A stretch of DNA of 63,871 nucleotides from a virus (lineage: Duplodnaviria; Caudoviricetes). The position numbers were made by a program, and so were the translations under genes. This document shows, piece after piece, positions 8,864 to 19,282 of the stretch; positions within the stretch are counted from its first letter, which is position 1, and each line of letters opens with the position of its first letter. The stretch is taken from positions 1-63,871 of the IMG/VR virus record IMGVR_UViG_3300025012_000086; one strand, written 5' to 3'. Below the pieces are notes generated by a model. That model saw only the letters and a program-made list of their open reading frames with translations, did no database searches and was not told where the DNA came from.

Positions 8864-10561
8864 ATGATACACACAAGATCGATATCGATGGCAGGTATGC
8901 GTCGGAATAATAACCCGCCAAGATACGGTATGGTTGCCGGTTTTTCTACAAGGGGTGGATTGGTTGATTATATCGGCGAATCAAGCATCCTCTACCAATC
9001 CGGTGATGCCTCGACATGGCAAACTACAGCGGTGTGGGGTTTCGAGCGCAACGCTGTAACCATCGCCTTGGATACCGCTCTTGGTGGCGGGGTCCTGTTC
9101 GTAGGTGAGACTCCCAAATATATGACCTGGGGGCAATGGATGATCATTGCCGAAATCAACGTTGATTATTTGTTTATCGGACTGAGGGGGATTGCCGGCT
9201 ACGACACGGATCAGGCGGCAAACGCAACGAGTATCAGGCGATACTTGAACTCAGTCGATGAGGAGTTGTTCATCTCCGATATCTTCAACGGCTTCGACCT
9301 CAATGGCTACACTGCTGCGAATCCTCCTGTTGTGCCGGATCAGGATGGTAAGCTGAGGATCTCTGCTGCCGGAAATATTGCAGTATCAGGAGGGTTGTTT
9401 GTCGAGGCAAGCAGCACATGGCTAGAGAAAACCCCTGCACCCACCAAGAAAACCATCCGCACCCTCACAGGCTCCAAGGTCATCTACGCTGATGCCGATC
9501 CGACTGCATGGAGACGTGCTGCTATTTCCCCCACCCGGACGAACAAATGCACATGCCGGAAAATTAATCCAGTAGATACGACCAATATCTCAAAGGGCGG
9601 GGCTGCTGCTGCTACCCTAGCGGTTGTCGATTATGCAGCTGCTCTGGCTACAGCCGGATTAGATAAAATTTGCACAAGCGGAAAGGTCTACAAACTGGAC
9701 AACAGCGCAGGGACAGGAGCAGCATCGGTTTCGATTGGTGGACAATGCGGAAATACTAACCCGCACAGTTTGTCGATATGGGTAGCTGGCTCTGGAACAT
9801 ATCGCTTCGGGCATAGCGGGGCTGCTGGCTCTTATGGGGCTATACCAGCAAATCTAACGGCGGTGGTACGAGAAAACCAAACTGTAGATAATGTAGTAAG
9901 GCAAGCTTATTTGGAGATTGCACAGGGATCATTAGTTTACTTTATTCTCCCGCAACTCGCAGAGGGAGCGTTCTGTGTCGGACCAATAATCGCCGCCGCC
10001 GATCCACTGGCGTCTGTCACCAGCACCGGCGCGGCGATGTCGAAATCAACCACTGGATTGCTTCCGATGGTGAGTGCAACCGAGGCGCAGAATTTTGGGA
10101 TTTATGCACGATTCAATCTCAAGGCGGCTGGGCAGGTTGCAAAACTCCTGGCATGTTATACGGATGCGAACAACTGCACTTGCCTTGATGTCACGGCAAC
10201 CACTGTCGTTTTTAACAAGCGCCTGGCCGGTACTGACATTCCTGTAAACCGCGCACTCACCCACGCTGCAAACGCGCCGATTGATGTGCTGGCCATTCAA
10301 ACCGATATGGGCATGTCTATCAAGGTTAGGTCGTATTCAGGCGGGTCGTGGAGTGCCTGGAGTGCCTGGACCGACGACGAGACTGCAAGCGGGAAACTCG
10401 CAGCAAAAATAGCGGCAACTCTCGAACTCGGTGCGGCAAACTCAGCGAGTCATATGTACGGCAATGTTCCGCTCGAATCCATCCTCAGACTAGGCAACCG
10501 AACAACCCTTGCTGAATACCAAGCAGTAGCCGAAGCGGAGGTTAACAAGATCAATGCATAA
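8864..10561 (+). CDS. Putative tail fibre/spike or receptor-binding protein
   Basis: 565 aa, A/G/T/S-rich, lectin/carbohydrate-binding-like character, late-operon position. Confidence 0.55.
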   Translation: MIHTRSISMAGMRRNNNPPRYGMVAGFSTRGGLVDYIGESSILYQSGDASTWQTTAVWGFERNAVTIALDTALGGGVLFVGETPKYMTWGQWMIIAEINVDYLFIGLRGIAGYDTDQAANATSIRRYLNSVDEELFISDIFNGFDLNGYTAANPPVVPDQDGKLRISAAGNIAVSGGLFVEASSTWLEKTPAPTKKTIRTLTGSKVIYADADPTAWRRAAISPTRTNKCTCRKINPVDTTNISKGGAAAATLAVVDYAAALATAGLDKICTSGKVYKLDNSAGTGAASVSIGGQCGNTNPHSLSIWVAGSGTYRFGHSGAAGSYGAIPANLTAVVRENQTVDNVVRQAYLEIAQGSLVYFILPQLAEGAFCVGPIIAAADPLASVTSTGAAMSKSTTGLLPMVSATEAQNFGIYARFNLKAAGQVAKLLACYTDANNCTCLDVTATTVVFNKRLAGTDIPVNRALTHAANAPIDVLAIQTDMGMSIKVRSYSGGSWSAWSAWTDDETASGKLAAKIAATLELGAANSASHMYGNVPLESILRLGNRTTLAEYQAVAEAEVNKINA

Positions 10562-10898
10562 GACAATCATATTTAAAATTCTCGGAGATCCTGAAGCCTC
10601 CCTCCCGCTGGCCGCTCAGGAATGCATAGCACTCCTCGGAGCAGGTGCAAATACCGATCCTGGCATAATTGAGGAAACATTTGCCCTCTGTAACACTCCG
10701 GTGCAAAACGGCTATATCCGCGTGGTTGCAACTGAGGAGTTCGCCAATGCACTGGAGCAGGTCAATGCCTCGGGCTACCAATCCCCGTACATGCAGATGG
10801 TTATGGTAGAACACGACGGACAGACTGAGTTTGTCACTGCTGAATCTGAGGGTGCGCGAGAATTGCTCGGGTATATGGCGGATTTGCCGATTATATGA
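10554..10898 (+). CDS. Hypothetical protein
   Basis: Overlapping start/stop coupling in operon. Confidence 0.6.
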   Translation: MHKTIIFKILGDPEASLPLAAQECIALLGAGANTDPGIIEETFALCNTPVQNGYIRVVATEEFANALEQVNASGYQSPYMQMVMVEHDGQTEFVTAESEGARELLGYMADLPII

Positions 10899-11290
10899 AG
10901 TCTAGATATATCACTATAAATGGTACAGCAGAGCAGCAGGCAGCACTACTCGCTAAACTGCACATGCCTCTCGACGAGATAGTGGAGCGGGTGGAAAACG
11001 CTCTTGATATGTGGCCGGATAACCTGCGTATCAGCCTCTTGCTTCGAGACAAAGCTAAAGGGGTACAGGACATCTACAAGCAGAGATACGGCAAAGAGAG
11101 CGACTACAAGGCATTTATCAGCCTGGGCAGGCTGGAGATTGTGCTGTCGATAGCTGATACCTCTATCCAGGTGCTGGCTCATGAGATCGGGCATGCTGTT
11201 GTCGAGCGGTTTTTTGGTAAGGAAAAGCGGCCACCGTATCACATCCATGAATTGTTGGCACAGTACGCTGAGAAGCATTTCAATGACTGA
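10895..11290 (+). CDS. Small zincin-like metallopeptidase
   Basis: VLAHEIGHAV HExxH motif plus downstream HE. Confidence 0.6.
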   Translation: MKSRYITINGTAEQQAALLAKLHMPLDEIVERVENALDMWPDNLRISLLLRDKAKGVQDIYKQRYGKESDYKAFISLGRLEIVLSIADTSIQVLAHEIGHAVVERFFGKEKRPPYHIHELLAQYAEKHFND

Positions 11291-11341
11291 TTAGAAACTA
11301 TAATCGGTCATCGCAATATAACAATTTAATGGAGTATTTAT

Positions 11342-11566
11342 ATGTTGAAGTCAGGATTCAAATCGTCAGAGTTTTATGCCATTGCTGGATACGCTGCAGC
11401 GAATTATCTGCATATCGATCTCAATAAGGTCATGACTGCAGCAACCGGGATCGAGGGGGCGATTACCAATGGCGTGGCCGGTATTGACGACCCGTTTATC
11501 AAGGCCCTGGTCGGTGGATTCGTAGCATTCCGCTTCTATCTGAAGTACAAGGAAGCCCAAAAATGA
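11342..11566 (+). CDS. Small membrane protein, holin-like
   Basis: GGAG SD; K.G.KSSEF N-terminus, hydrophobic segments, basic C-terminus. Confidence 0.45.
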   Translation: MLKSGFKSSEFYAIAGYAAANYLHIDLNKVMTAATGIEGAITNGVAGIDDPFIKALVGGFVAFRFYLKYKEAQK

Positions 11567-11955
11567 AATACCTGAAGGGCTTGAAATACGTCACCGCTGA
11601 ACCAATTGTCAGGCAGACCAATATCAAGGGGCACTCTATCCTAACAAGGTTTGGGAGTCTCGACGTTGATGGGAAGCTTACGATATTTGACTGGTTCCCG
11701 TGGGACGGCAACTCAGGCCCTGTTCCAAACTGGAGGTCAACACTCGAAGCGTCTGCGGTCCACGACATACTTTGCAACTGGATCAACGACGGACTATTGC
11801 CGATATCACTTCAACCAATGGTTGATCAAGAATACTACAACATCTGTGTCGAGCACGGCCTGTGGGAGTGGGTGGCTAAGGTCCGCCTTATCGCCATAAG
11901 ATGGTATATGCTCGGTAAGAAGAAGAGCTTCCACCGGAAGGTATACGAAGCGTGA
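11563..11955 (+). CDS. DUF1353-like protein
   Basis: F.WDG.SGP..AS.VHD.L motif. Confidence 0.65.
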   Translation: MKYLKGLKYVTAEPIVRQTNIKGHSILTRFGSLDVDGKLTIFDWFPWDGNSGPVPNWRSTLEASAVHDILCNWINDGLLPISLQPMVDQEYYNICVEHGLWEWVAKVRLIAIRWYMLGKKKSFHRKVYEA

Positions 11956-12239
11956 GGTACGTTATGAATCTATTTCAGGAATATTGGCAAATATTTCTCG
12001 GGCTACTTGCTGGCACGGTGTGGTCTATCCGTCTGGAGGGCAAGGTCCAGGGGATGGAGAAGAGGGAGAAGGAAGATCCGGCAATCCGCAAACAGCTATT
12101 TGAGCTTTATGCCAAGACCGAGAGGGAGAATGTCACCCTGCGCCTCGATATCCTGGCTGGAGAAGTGAAGGCCCTGAAGGACACGGTCGAGGGTAATCAT
12201 AGTGAGGTCCTCGACCGTATAGCAGAATTAAAGAAGTGA
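11952..12239 (+). CDS. Membrane-anchored coiled-coil protein (possible lysis accessory)
   Basis: N-terminal hydrophobic helix then coiled coil; end of late operon. Confidence 0.45.
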   Translation: MRYVMNLFQEYWQIFLGLLAGTVWSIRLEGKVQGMEKREKEDPAIRKQLFELYAKTERENVTLRLDILAGEVKALKDTVEGNHSEVLDRIAELKK

Positions 12240-12464
12240 TTACTTCTTGGCAAGCCCAACCATCGCAGCGATTCCGTCAGCCACGGCGTCGCTGAGCTTT
12301 TCCTTCGTCACGAGCAGATTGGAGTAGTCGATCATCTGCTGTTCAAATCGCTCCCATTCATAATCCCTCCCACCGGCAGGGTTTACAGCCACCCCAGGCA
12401 TATTGATGCCCATTATGTTTGCTATCCTCGCCAGAAGAAACGCGTGACATCCTTCCTTGTTCAT
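12240..12464 (-). CDS. Hypothetical protein
   Basis: Coupled to upstream resolvase. Confidence 0.55.
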   Translation of the reverse strand: MNKEGCHAFLLARIANIMGINMPGVAVNPAGGRDYEWERFEQQMIDYSNLLVTKEKLSDAVADGIAAMVGLAKK

Positions 12465-12973
12465 ATTGACCTTTGTAATTTGAATTCAGATTTCTTTCCA
12501 CCTATGAGCACGGCATGACGTATGAGAATGGCGTCGGCAATATGCTCAAAGTCCTTCTTAAATTTCGGGAAAGCTGCATGCGGGTATTTGGCCCTGGCCC
12601 AGTTCATCACGTCGTCCTTGTCGGCCATGCTATCGTGGAGTACCCTCTTCTTGGCCTCCCGTGGGTATACCCCAGTGATAGGGATGTTCCTGGAGTCGAT
12701 CACGCCAATGACTACTCCAATTGCCAGGTACATGGTGGTGCAGGCCTTGGACGACAGTGACCCGGTCGGAAATTCCATATTGACACCGGATACATCCATG
12801 AGTAGGTCGCGAACGCTGACGGTCAACTCCGAGGCATTCAAGGCGTATCCGGTGCTTACGTCGCAGCACCCGCATTCTACGATTCCTATGCATCCGAAGT
12901 CGGCCAGGCACTCCTCCTCCCAGAGCGCCCAGCCGGTATGTCTCAGTGCAACGTCGAGTGACAGGTATCTCAC
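12461..12973 (-). CDS. RuvC-like Holliday junction resolvase
   Basis: LSLD....TGWA, central E, K..V, HIADA. Confidence 0.75.
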   Translation of the reverse strand: MRYLSLDVALRHTGWALWEEECLADFGCIGIVECGCCDVSTGYALNASELTVSVRDLLMDVSGVNMEFPTGSLSSKACTTMYLAIGVVIGVIDSRNIPITGVYPREAKKRVLHDSMADKDDVMNWARAKYPHAAFPKFKKDFEHIADAILIRHAVLIGGKKSEFKLQRSI

Positions 12974-13818
12974 TGCAGATCCTCGTAAGTCTCCTGGAGA
13001 ACCATCCGATCCTTCACACCAGCCAGGGACATGTTGACGCCAGACGGGAGGAGTATAGCCCTTACATCGTGGGCCTTCGACGGAAAGCCAGCAGCGGCCA
13101 GCACGGCCAGGGCGTGGATCACACCGGCAGCGAAGCCGTCATTGTAGATCGAAATCAGCGATGGGCTGTCCTTCGGAATGACGTCGTTGATTGAGGCCTT
13201 GGTCTTTCCCTCGTCCTTGGCCTTCTCGACAGCCTCCTCAATCCTCTTCTCGCCATCCTTGGCACCGTGCTTCCTGATAGCGCGAGCCGCCGTAGTAGGA
13301 GACACCTCGCCCTTTACGATCATCTCAGTGACCGCTGGCGACGCAGACGAAAGCGCCAGGATATCCTGCAGTTTCGACGGAGAGAAGCCGGTCTTGGCGC
13401 AGATCTCTTTCGAGGTCCAGCCGAAGTCGAGAAGCTGACGCACCGGCCTTGCCATCTCGTGAGGGGTAAGTGGTTTGCCGCCATTACGGACAAGCATGGA
13501 AAAGATGTGTTCGGCGGGCGTGGCATGGCGATCCTCTACGCGCACCGGGACTCGTTTGATTTCCGCCCCCTCAGAAAGCGCCAGGTTGACCGCTGCTAAA
13601 CGACAGTGACCGTCCGTGACTATGGGTACATCTCCGTCCATGCGCACCGTGAGGGGCTGTTTGACGCCAACCTCCTTGATACTGTCGGCCAGCTCCCTGA
13701 TATGCTCACGAAGAGCCGGGGTATCGTCACGGACATTCCACCCAGGTTCCTCCCTGAGCAGTAGCGGGTTGATCCAGAACTCGTCCTTCCTGTCGGCAAT
13801 ACTCTTGATTCCAGCCAT
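12970..13818 (-). CDS. ParB/Srx-like protein with HTH
   Basis: LADSIKEVGVKQPL..TDGHCRLAA; HTH GWTSKEICAKTGFS. Confidence 0.8.
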   Translation of the reverse strand: MAGIKSIADRKDEFWINPLLLREEPGWNVRDDTPALREHIRELADSIKEVGVKQPLTVRMDGDVPIVTDGHCRLAAVNLALSEGAEIKRVPVRVEDRHATPAEHIFSMLVRNGGKPLTPHEMARPVRQLLDFGWTSKEICAKTGFSPSKLQDILALSSASPAVTEMIVKGEVSPTTAARAIRKHGAKDGEKRIEEAVEKAKDEGKTKASINDVIPKDSPSLISIYNDGFAAGVIHALAVLAAAGFPSKAHDVRAILLPSGVNMSLAGVKDRMVLQETYEDLQ

Positions 13819-13821
13819 TGT

Positions 13822-14241
13822 TTATTTAACCTCCTGCCCATGCAGTTTTCTGTGATGTTTAAAACATAGCCACTTAACCACCAGTGGCAACGAATAGTCG
13901 TCGTGGTGGGCCTCAGACTTGGTATCTCCGCACACCTCGCACGGCATCCTTATAACCCTGCCGTCCCTTACGGCGTTGCCAAGGATCTGGTTAGCCTTGT
14001 ATCTGTCGCGGTGCAGAGTTCTGCGCCTTGCCTGATATTGGATTTTCTTTGCACGACGCTCCGGTATCTGCTGCCTATTGCGGTCATAGGCTTTGTGTTT
14101 TTCCGGATCATCTGCATAGTTCATTGCGGCATCCGCCCTGGTGCATTCCTTGCACTTATTGAGATGGCCGTCGGCCATTTTTGGGTGCTTATAAAAATCA
14201 TCCAAATCTTTCTCACCACCACACTTGAAACATATCTTCAT
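13822..14241 (-). CDS. Zn-finger HNH-like endonuclease
   Basis: CxxC pairs, CEVCG..EAHHDDY..WLC..HH. Confidence 0.7.
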   Translation of the reverse strand: MKICFKCGGEKDLDDFYKHPKMADGHLNKCKECTRADAAMNYADDPEKHKAYDRNRQQIPERRAKKIQYQARRRTLHRDRYKANQILGNAVRDGRVIRMPCEVCGDTKSEAHHDDYSLPLVVKWLCFKHHRKLHGQEVK

Positions 14242-14265
14242 AAGTACCCGAAATGGTTATATATT

Positions 14266-14667
14266 CTAAAATGGGACATCTTCTCCGGTTCCGGTATATC
14301 CGTTCGGAGTCTCAGGTTCCCCACCGGCTGACTCGCCCTTGTCGTTGGCAAATTTGACAACCTCCATCTCGGCAAGGATGATCTCGACATTGTACCGCTC
14401 AACGTTAGCCTGGTCCTTCCATTTCTTGGTCTGGATCTTACCGGTAACGAGGATCTTATCTCCCTTATGCAGGATGTCGCCGCAGATCTCGGCAAGCTTA
14501 CCCCAGGCTACGCACCGATGCCATTCAGTCTGCTCCTGCCGGTTACCCTCCTTGTCCTTATACCGCTCAGATGTAGCCATGGAGAAGTTACTGACGGCAG
14601 TGCCGCTTTGAGTGTAGCGAATCTCCGGATCTTGGCCAACGTTTCCCGACAAAATTACTTTGTTCAT
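14266..14667 (-). CDS. ssb: Single-stranded DNA-binding protein
   Basis: MNKVIL.GN.G.DPE.RYT..TEWHR..GKLAE, acidic tail ending DVPF. Confidence 0.95.
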   Translation of the reverse strand: MNKVILSGNVGQDPEIRYTQSGTAVSNFSMATSERYKDKEGNRQEQTEWHRCVAWGKLAEICGDILHKGDKILVTGKIQTKKWKDQANVERYNVEIILAEMEVVKFANDKGESAGGEPETPNGYTGTGEDVPF

Positions 14668-14697
14668 CTTACTCCTTTTTGTAACTGATTTTTGATA

Positions 14698-15444
14698 TCA
14701 GTAAACGATTTTCAGAAGGTCTGTTTGACCAGTCGCCACCCTTACGATGACGGATCTTGCAGCACCCTCAGACACCCCGCACTCAAGCAGGAACTCCATT
14801 ACCTTGATATTCACCTGACGCTTGCGGTCGATGCTCGGGTCAAGCGGTTGAATTATTCCACCGGGATTCCCGCCAATATCAGCCGCTGGTTTGGCACCGA
14901 CGATCTTGGCTACCTCTTCGGCCACCTTCACCTTCATTTCCGCAGCCTGGACCCGGCTGTTCGCCTCATCGATCAGCCGCCTGGTATTGTTGTGCTCGAT
15001 TGCAGCGTCCCAGTCGGCGAGATATTTCTCCTTCGCCAGGGCCTCTTGCTGCAGGCGCTCAGCTTCCGCCTTGTATGCGTTTACCGGGGTAAGAACTTCC
15101 TGGCGCAGCACCTCAAGGTAATCGCGAGCCTCCTTGCGCTTGTCGTCAGTTACCTTGATTGCCTTCTTCTGTCCAGCAACAAGGCTTTTGCCGAAGCCGT
15201 CGATCAACTCAGAGGTCTTGTTTATTTTTGTACCAAGCGCAGCAAGTTCTTTCCTCCCCCCTGGCGTGGTCGAGTCAATCGTGATGACGATAGAGTCGGT
15301 TCGCTTCCTGACCTCCGCAAGCACTGTGGGCAGGGTGGCAGGGTCGGTATATACCTTCGCCAGAGTTTGTTCGTTGAGGACCGCCACCAAGGAATTCTCG
15401 ACTGCATCTGCTCTAACCTCATTCCCATCCATTTCATTCATCAT
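14698..15444 (-). CDS. Coiled-coil phage protein
   Basis: 248 aa helical ORF in recombination operon. Confidence 0.55.
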   Translation of the reverse strand: MMNEMDGNEVRADAVENSLVAVLNEQTLAKVYTDPATLPTVLAEVRKRTDSIVITIDSTTPGGRKELAALGTKINKTSELIDGFGKSLVAGQKKAIKVTDDKRKEARDYLEVLRQEVLTPVNAYKAEAERLQQEALAKEKYLADWDAAIEHNNTRRLIDEANSRVQAAEMKVKVAEEVAKIVGAKPAADIGGNPGGIIQPLDPSIDRKRQVNIKVMEFLLECGVSEGAARSVIVRVATGQTDLLKIVY

Positions 15445-15524
15445 TACCCCCTTTTATTGATAGTCAGTTACAATCAACCAACAGGCGGCAAGTAAGATTT
15501 GCTACCGTCTGCTGTGTATTTCAG

Positions 15525-15815
15525 TTATATCGAAACCAACTTCCTGCCATTGTTTTCGTCGTCAGCAATTTTAACTCCAGGGACAAACGTAATAGCCTCA
15601 GCGACAGAATAAGTCCCATCTATGTTGCGTTGCTGTGTGGTCACCTGAACAATACACCCGTGAGGCACCTCACATGCTTTTGTGCTTTTCATCCATCCTT
15701 CGTTTTCGCTTGATGCCTTGCAGAGAAGTCGAAACATGTCTCCGTTGCCGACTACCCTGATGTCTTTTACGTTTTGTCTTGCGCCAGATACGTCCGAATT
15801 GTGTAGTGTTTTCAT
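15525..15815 (-). CDS. Hypothetical phage protein
   Basis: AGGA SD; LLCKASS.EGWMKSTKA. Confidence 0.6.
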   Translation of the reverse strand: MKTLHNSDVSGARQNVKDIRVVGNGDMFRLLCKASSENEGWMKSTKACEVPHGCIVQVTTQQRNIDGTYSVAEAITFVPGVKIADDENNGRKLVSI

Positions 15816-15832
15816 GAGTTATTCCTTTTTTG

Positions 15833-16009
15833 TTATTTGGCTTTTTCAGCTAGTGCATCAAGCGTTGCGGCTATCTCGCTAAAGTCTCTCTCTACGTAAG
15901 CCATTGATTGGCCCAACGCTTCCCTTTGTTTGTTCTCTGATTTCATCCCTTCCATTCTTGCCACTTCTGCCATTGCTGAAATAAATATTTCAACCTGCCA
16001 ATCAAGCAT
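15833..16009 (-). CDS. Hypothetical protein (58 aa, below ORF-track cutoff)
   Basis: AAGGAG SD, MLDWQVEIFISAMAEVARMEGMKSENKQR... Confidence 0.6.
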   Translation of the reverse strand: MLDWQVEIFISAMAEVARMEGMKSENKQREALGQSMAYVERDFSEIAATLDALAEKAK

Positions 16010-16050
16010 TTGTTTCTCCTTTGCTTTGGTTGATACTACTTTCTAATCAA

Positions 16051-16266
16051 TTAGCCCTTTATCGTATACCCGCGTTCGAAAGCTATTTCAAGCTCACCTA
16101 CCGAAGCGTCGAGGATCTTGCCGCCGTCGATAGAAACCATCACCAGTATCTGGCCCAATGGGCCATAGTGGAAATCGAGAGACATGTCGCGGTGACTTGC
16201 GACACCCGTGGCGCGAGAAACTGCGCGTGAAGCGATCTGATCTATTAGGAATTCTTGCCTGTTCAT
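16051..16266 (-). CDS. Hypothetical protein
   Basis: GAGG SD, fits leftward operon. Confidence 0.5.
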   Translation of the reverse strand: MNRQEFLIDQIASRAVSRATGVASHRDMSLDFHYGPLGQILVMVSIDGGKILDASVGELEIAFERGYTIKG

Positions 16267-16392
16267 AATCCACCTCTCTGTCTAAGTATTCGGAGGGAAG
16301 CCCGCCGACCGGATCAAGTATTGTGGATACTCTTCTTACCTCCATCTTACACTATACAGCGTGGAGGTCAAGATAAAAATGCAATGGCAAAC

Positions 16393-16422
16393 AAAAAAGG
16401 GTGCCCCAGATTAAGGCACCCT
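16393..16422 (-). terminator. Intrinsic terminator
   Basis: AGGGTGCC/GGCACCCT stem followed by T-run on minus strand. Confidence 0.6.
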
Positions 16423-16430
16423 GTAAGGTG

Positions 16431-17321
16431 TTAATATATTTCACCACCCTGGATCTTAAACAACTTGGCATGGAACGTCCCGTTGCGGCCATAGTCAACA
16501 GTGGCAAAACCCTGTGACCAATTGTTGAGTGGGGCGTAGTCCATTGGTCCGCCCAGATATCCGACAGCGCCAACCCATAGCGTTGACCCGTCTATTCGTT
16601 TGAATATTTTTTCCTGCACCCTGTGATGGTGGCCAAAGATGCAATGGTCGAGGACATATTTGAACATGACGTTGGTGACGTAGTCAGCGTTTCCACCAGT
16701 AGGTTTCTCGTGCCCGTGGAGATACCAAAGTTTGCCGATAGAGAAGAAGTCCTTGCGGTATTCGATATCGAGGGCGCTAAGGTCCAGCTTATTGATCAAC
16801 AGATCATCCACTAGGTCTGCTATTTCCACAGCGTTTTCCAGTACGTAGCGCTCAAGGTGGCTCTCGTGGTTACCCTCCTTGAAAATCATCTTAGCCTTCG
16901 GGTGTCGCTTGCGCAGATCGGTTAGGAATTCACGCCCCATTTTCAGCTCGCCCTTGATATCGTGCTTCCCTGTCTTCTTGGTGAATCTTGAGCACTTGTA
17001 AAAGTCCATCATGTCGCCGTCGATAACTATGGTGTCTGGCTTGTACTCATCAGCATAGCCGAGGGCTGCGTCAACAGCTATCTGGTCGTGAAAAGGGATG
17101 TGGATGTCGCAAATCAAAAACACCTTCTGACCAACGAATGAATTATCGTTCTGTACCTTCAGCTGAATTATATCCTTATGCTTCAAACCCCAGTCGTATA
17201 GACGAGCCTGTGCCGTACTACAGCCCATTGTCTCTCGTATCTTGTTGCGGGAAAATATTTCATCCCGCCTTCTGAATTCCCTGTCAAGGGCTATAAGGTG
17301 CTGCCATTGGCCTCTATCCAT
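16431..17321 (-). CDS. Calcineurin-like metallophosphoesterase
   Basis: DIH, GD..D, GNHE, HGH, GHHH motifs. Confidence 0.9.
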   Translation of the reverse strand: MDRGQWQHLIALDREFRRRDEIFSRNKIRETMGCSTAQARLYDWGLKHKDIIQLKVQNDNSFVGQKVFLICDIHIPFHDQIAVDAALGYADEYKPDTIVIDGDMMDFYKCSRFTKKTGKHDIKGELKMGREFLTDLRKRHPKAKMIFKEGNHESHLERYVLENAVEIADLVDDLLINKLDLSALDIEYRKDFFSIGKLWYLHGHEKPTGGNADYVTNVMFKYVLDHCIFGHHHRVQEKIFKRIDGSTLWVGAVGYLGGPMDYAPLNNWSQGFATVDYGRNGTFHAKLFKIQGGEIY

Positions 17322-17847
17322 TTGTCTTCCCCCGAAATTGTTTTATAAACGCTGCAGCGGACGAGTTGTTGTCGTCATACGGGAAACCGAGACACTGCTC
17401 TGCGGCATACCTATGACATACCGCTTCGGCGATGTCGTGGAATCTGCCAAGGAACACCTGCTTGCCATGGATGGCTATTTGCGCCTGCCATCTCCCCCGG
17501 CTTCTGCATATTCCACAGACCCCAGTAGTGTTGTTGCTGTTGAGGCTTCTGTTTCTCTGCTGCTGCTGGTGTGTCACAACCCGCAAATTTTTACGCCAAT
17601 TATGATGCCTAATTCTGTCTTCATGGTCAACGGTGTCACAGTTATCAATATAACCATCGGTATATATTATAGCTAGTCGATGCGCACCATACATATAACC
17701 ATCTATTTTCACAACAACATATCCATCGCTATTAACACAACCTGCGACTTCACCAACGGTAGCGCCGTGAACATACTTTCTCCACGTGAACAAGCCAGTG
17801 TTCATGTCGTAACAAAGTAGCTCCCTCAACCTGTCTTGCGTTATCAT
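17314..17847 (-). CDS. HNH endonuclease with AP2-like domain
   Basis: AHRLA..DHEDR...N...NLR..N.TGV.G. Confidence 0.85.
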   Translation of the reverse strand: MITQDRLRELLCYDMNTGLFTWRKYVHGATVGEVAGCVNSDGYVVVKIDGYMYGAHRLAIIYTDGYIDNCDTVDHEDRIRHHNWRKNLRVVTHQQQQRNRSLNSNNTTGVCGICRSRGRWQAQIAIHGKQVFLGRFHDIAEAVCHRYAAEQCLGFPYDDNNSSAAAFIKQFRGKTNG

Positions 17848-18440
17848 TTCATCCTTGATACAAGCTCGTCAAGCTCGCGACAGAAACAAATTAGTTCGTG
17901 GCGTAATTTCGAGATAAGAATCTCATCTCTGGGTATTCTCAGGATTAATGGCACCTCGCTCTCGTGGTATGAGATGAAGTACCACCACGGCCTGCCGGTC
18001 ACCAACATGCAGCCCTGGACCTGCAGAAGATACTTCGAGGGAAGGACGCCACGGCGCAGGTATTCAATATGGGTCTTTTGCTCGGGAGATTTGGCCTCGC
18101 ATCCTCCTTCCTGGCCGATAAGACCATCGGGGGAACAGCCGTAGAGCCGGTCATCAGACAGACAGAATCCGACAGGGGTAATCTCCACATCCTCCACCAT
18201 GGAGAGCACGGCCAGCGCCTTAGGCTCATTGCGAATGCCGTCAGACATGGGGTTGGACACGAAGGCCTCCTGCATCTGCCCGGTTATGCGCTCCTGGGCG
18301 AGGATCTTCATGTAGCCGTCACGCTGACCGCTCCTCGCCCCCTTGGTTGTCATGATATGAGAGAACTTCGAGGCGGTGGGCCTCCCTACCCTCGCCTCGT
18401 ACCATTCCGGGGTCCGTTGATCACAGTCGATTATGATCAT
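17844..18440 (-). CDS. YqaJ/lambda-exonuclease family
   Basis: QRTPEW..R.G..TAS, SPDG, E.K.P, Y..QVQ; start MIIIDC. Confidence 0.9.
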   Translation of the reverse strand: MIIIDCDQRTPEWYEARVGRPTASKFSHIMTTKGARSGQRDGYMKILAQERITGQMQEAFVSNPMSDGIRNEPKALAVLSMVEDVEITPVGFCLSDDRLYGCSPDGLIGQEGGCEAKSPEQKTHIEYLRRGVLPSKYLLQVQGCMLVTGRPWWYFISYHESEVPLILRIPRDEILISKLRHELICFCRELDELVSRMK

Positions 18441-19282
18441 TTTTTCTGCCCCTCTTTGAATTCCTTGTAAGCCTTGCATTCGCCTGAGCAGGTAGCCGCC
18501 GAGCACATTTCCCCGGAGAGCATGAGGCCTGGAACTTGCGGGCACTCGAAGGTTGCGACCGCTGGCTTCTCCTCGACCTTAGTTTCGGTCTTGGTTTCCG
18601 GCTTTTTCCCGGCCATCTCCTTCTCTTTCTTCTTCTTTTTGATAGCGATCTGCTTCATCAGACCGGCTACATTCTTCGCCTCGATCTCGCTAAGCTCTTT
18701 GACGCCAGCCAGGTCTTTGAATTTGATCATATCCGCGCCGCTATCAACCAGCTCCTTCTTCATCGTTTCGAGCTGGGAGGCACTGATAAACACCTTCTTG
18801 TCCTCAGGTTTTTCGCCTTCGACTTCTCTGTACTTGGAACCGTCCCATAGTCCAGCATAGACGTCAGCAGCGACACCGAGCATCTTCATAGCTACCGACA
18901 GGGCGTCGGTAATAGCCATCTTGAAAGCCTCGTCGGAGGAGTAGAGTCCATTGGTTTCTTTCGCCGTGAACATGGAGCCACCAAGGCCCGGTATCGGTTC
19001 AGACCACACACCGTCAAGCTTGTACAGAAGCTCGATAGTGGCGAACGCGCACACTTGACCATCGACCGCAGCTTCAAGCCACTTTTCGGTAACCCTGTAC
19101 TTCCAGCCGAAGCCGCACGGCCCAAAGGTTTGCGTCATGGCCATGTAGCGCCACTGGGGGTTGATGTCGGTCTTGCCCTTCAGCCTGCCAGCCTGAATCG
19201 GGCGCAGGAATTGACCTGGGGGCTTCTCGACGCTATTCCATACCCTCATGTTTTTGTCAACGCTTTCTTCTTTTTCCGCCAT
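18437..19282 (-). CDS. Rad52/Sak-like single-strand annealing protein
   Basis: FGPCGFGW..KMA.TDAL..LGVAADVY; adjacent to exonuclease. Confidence 0.75.
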   Translation of the reverse strand: MAEKEESVDKNMRVWNSVEKPPGQFLRPIQAGRLKGKTDINPQWRYMAMTQTFGPCGFGWKYRVTEKWLEAAVDGQVCAFATIELLYKLDGVWSEPIPGLGGSMFTAKETNGLYSSDEAFKMAITDALSVAMKMLGVAADVYAGLWDGSKYREVEGEKPEDKKVFISASQLETMKKELVDSGADMIKFKDLAGVKELSEIEAKNVAGLMKQIAIKKKKKEKEMAGKKPETKTETKVEEKPAVATFECPQVPGLMLSGEMCSAATCSGECKAYKEFKEGQKK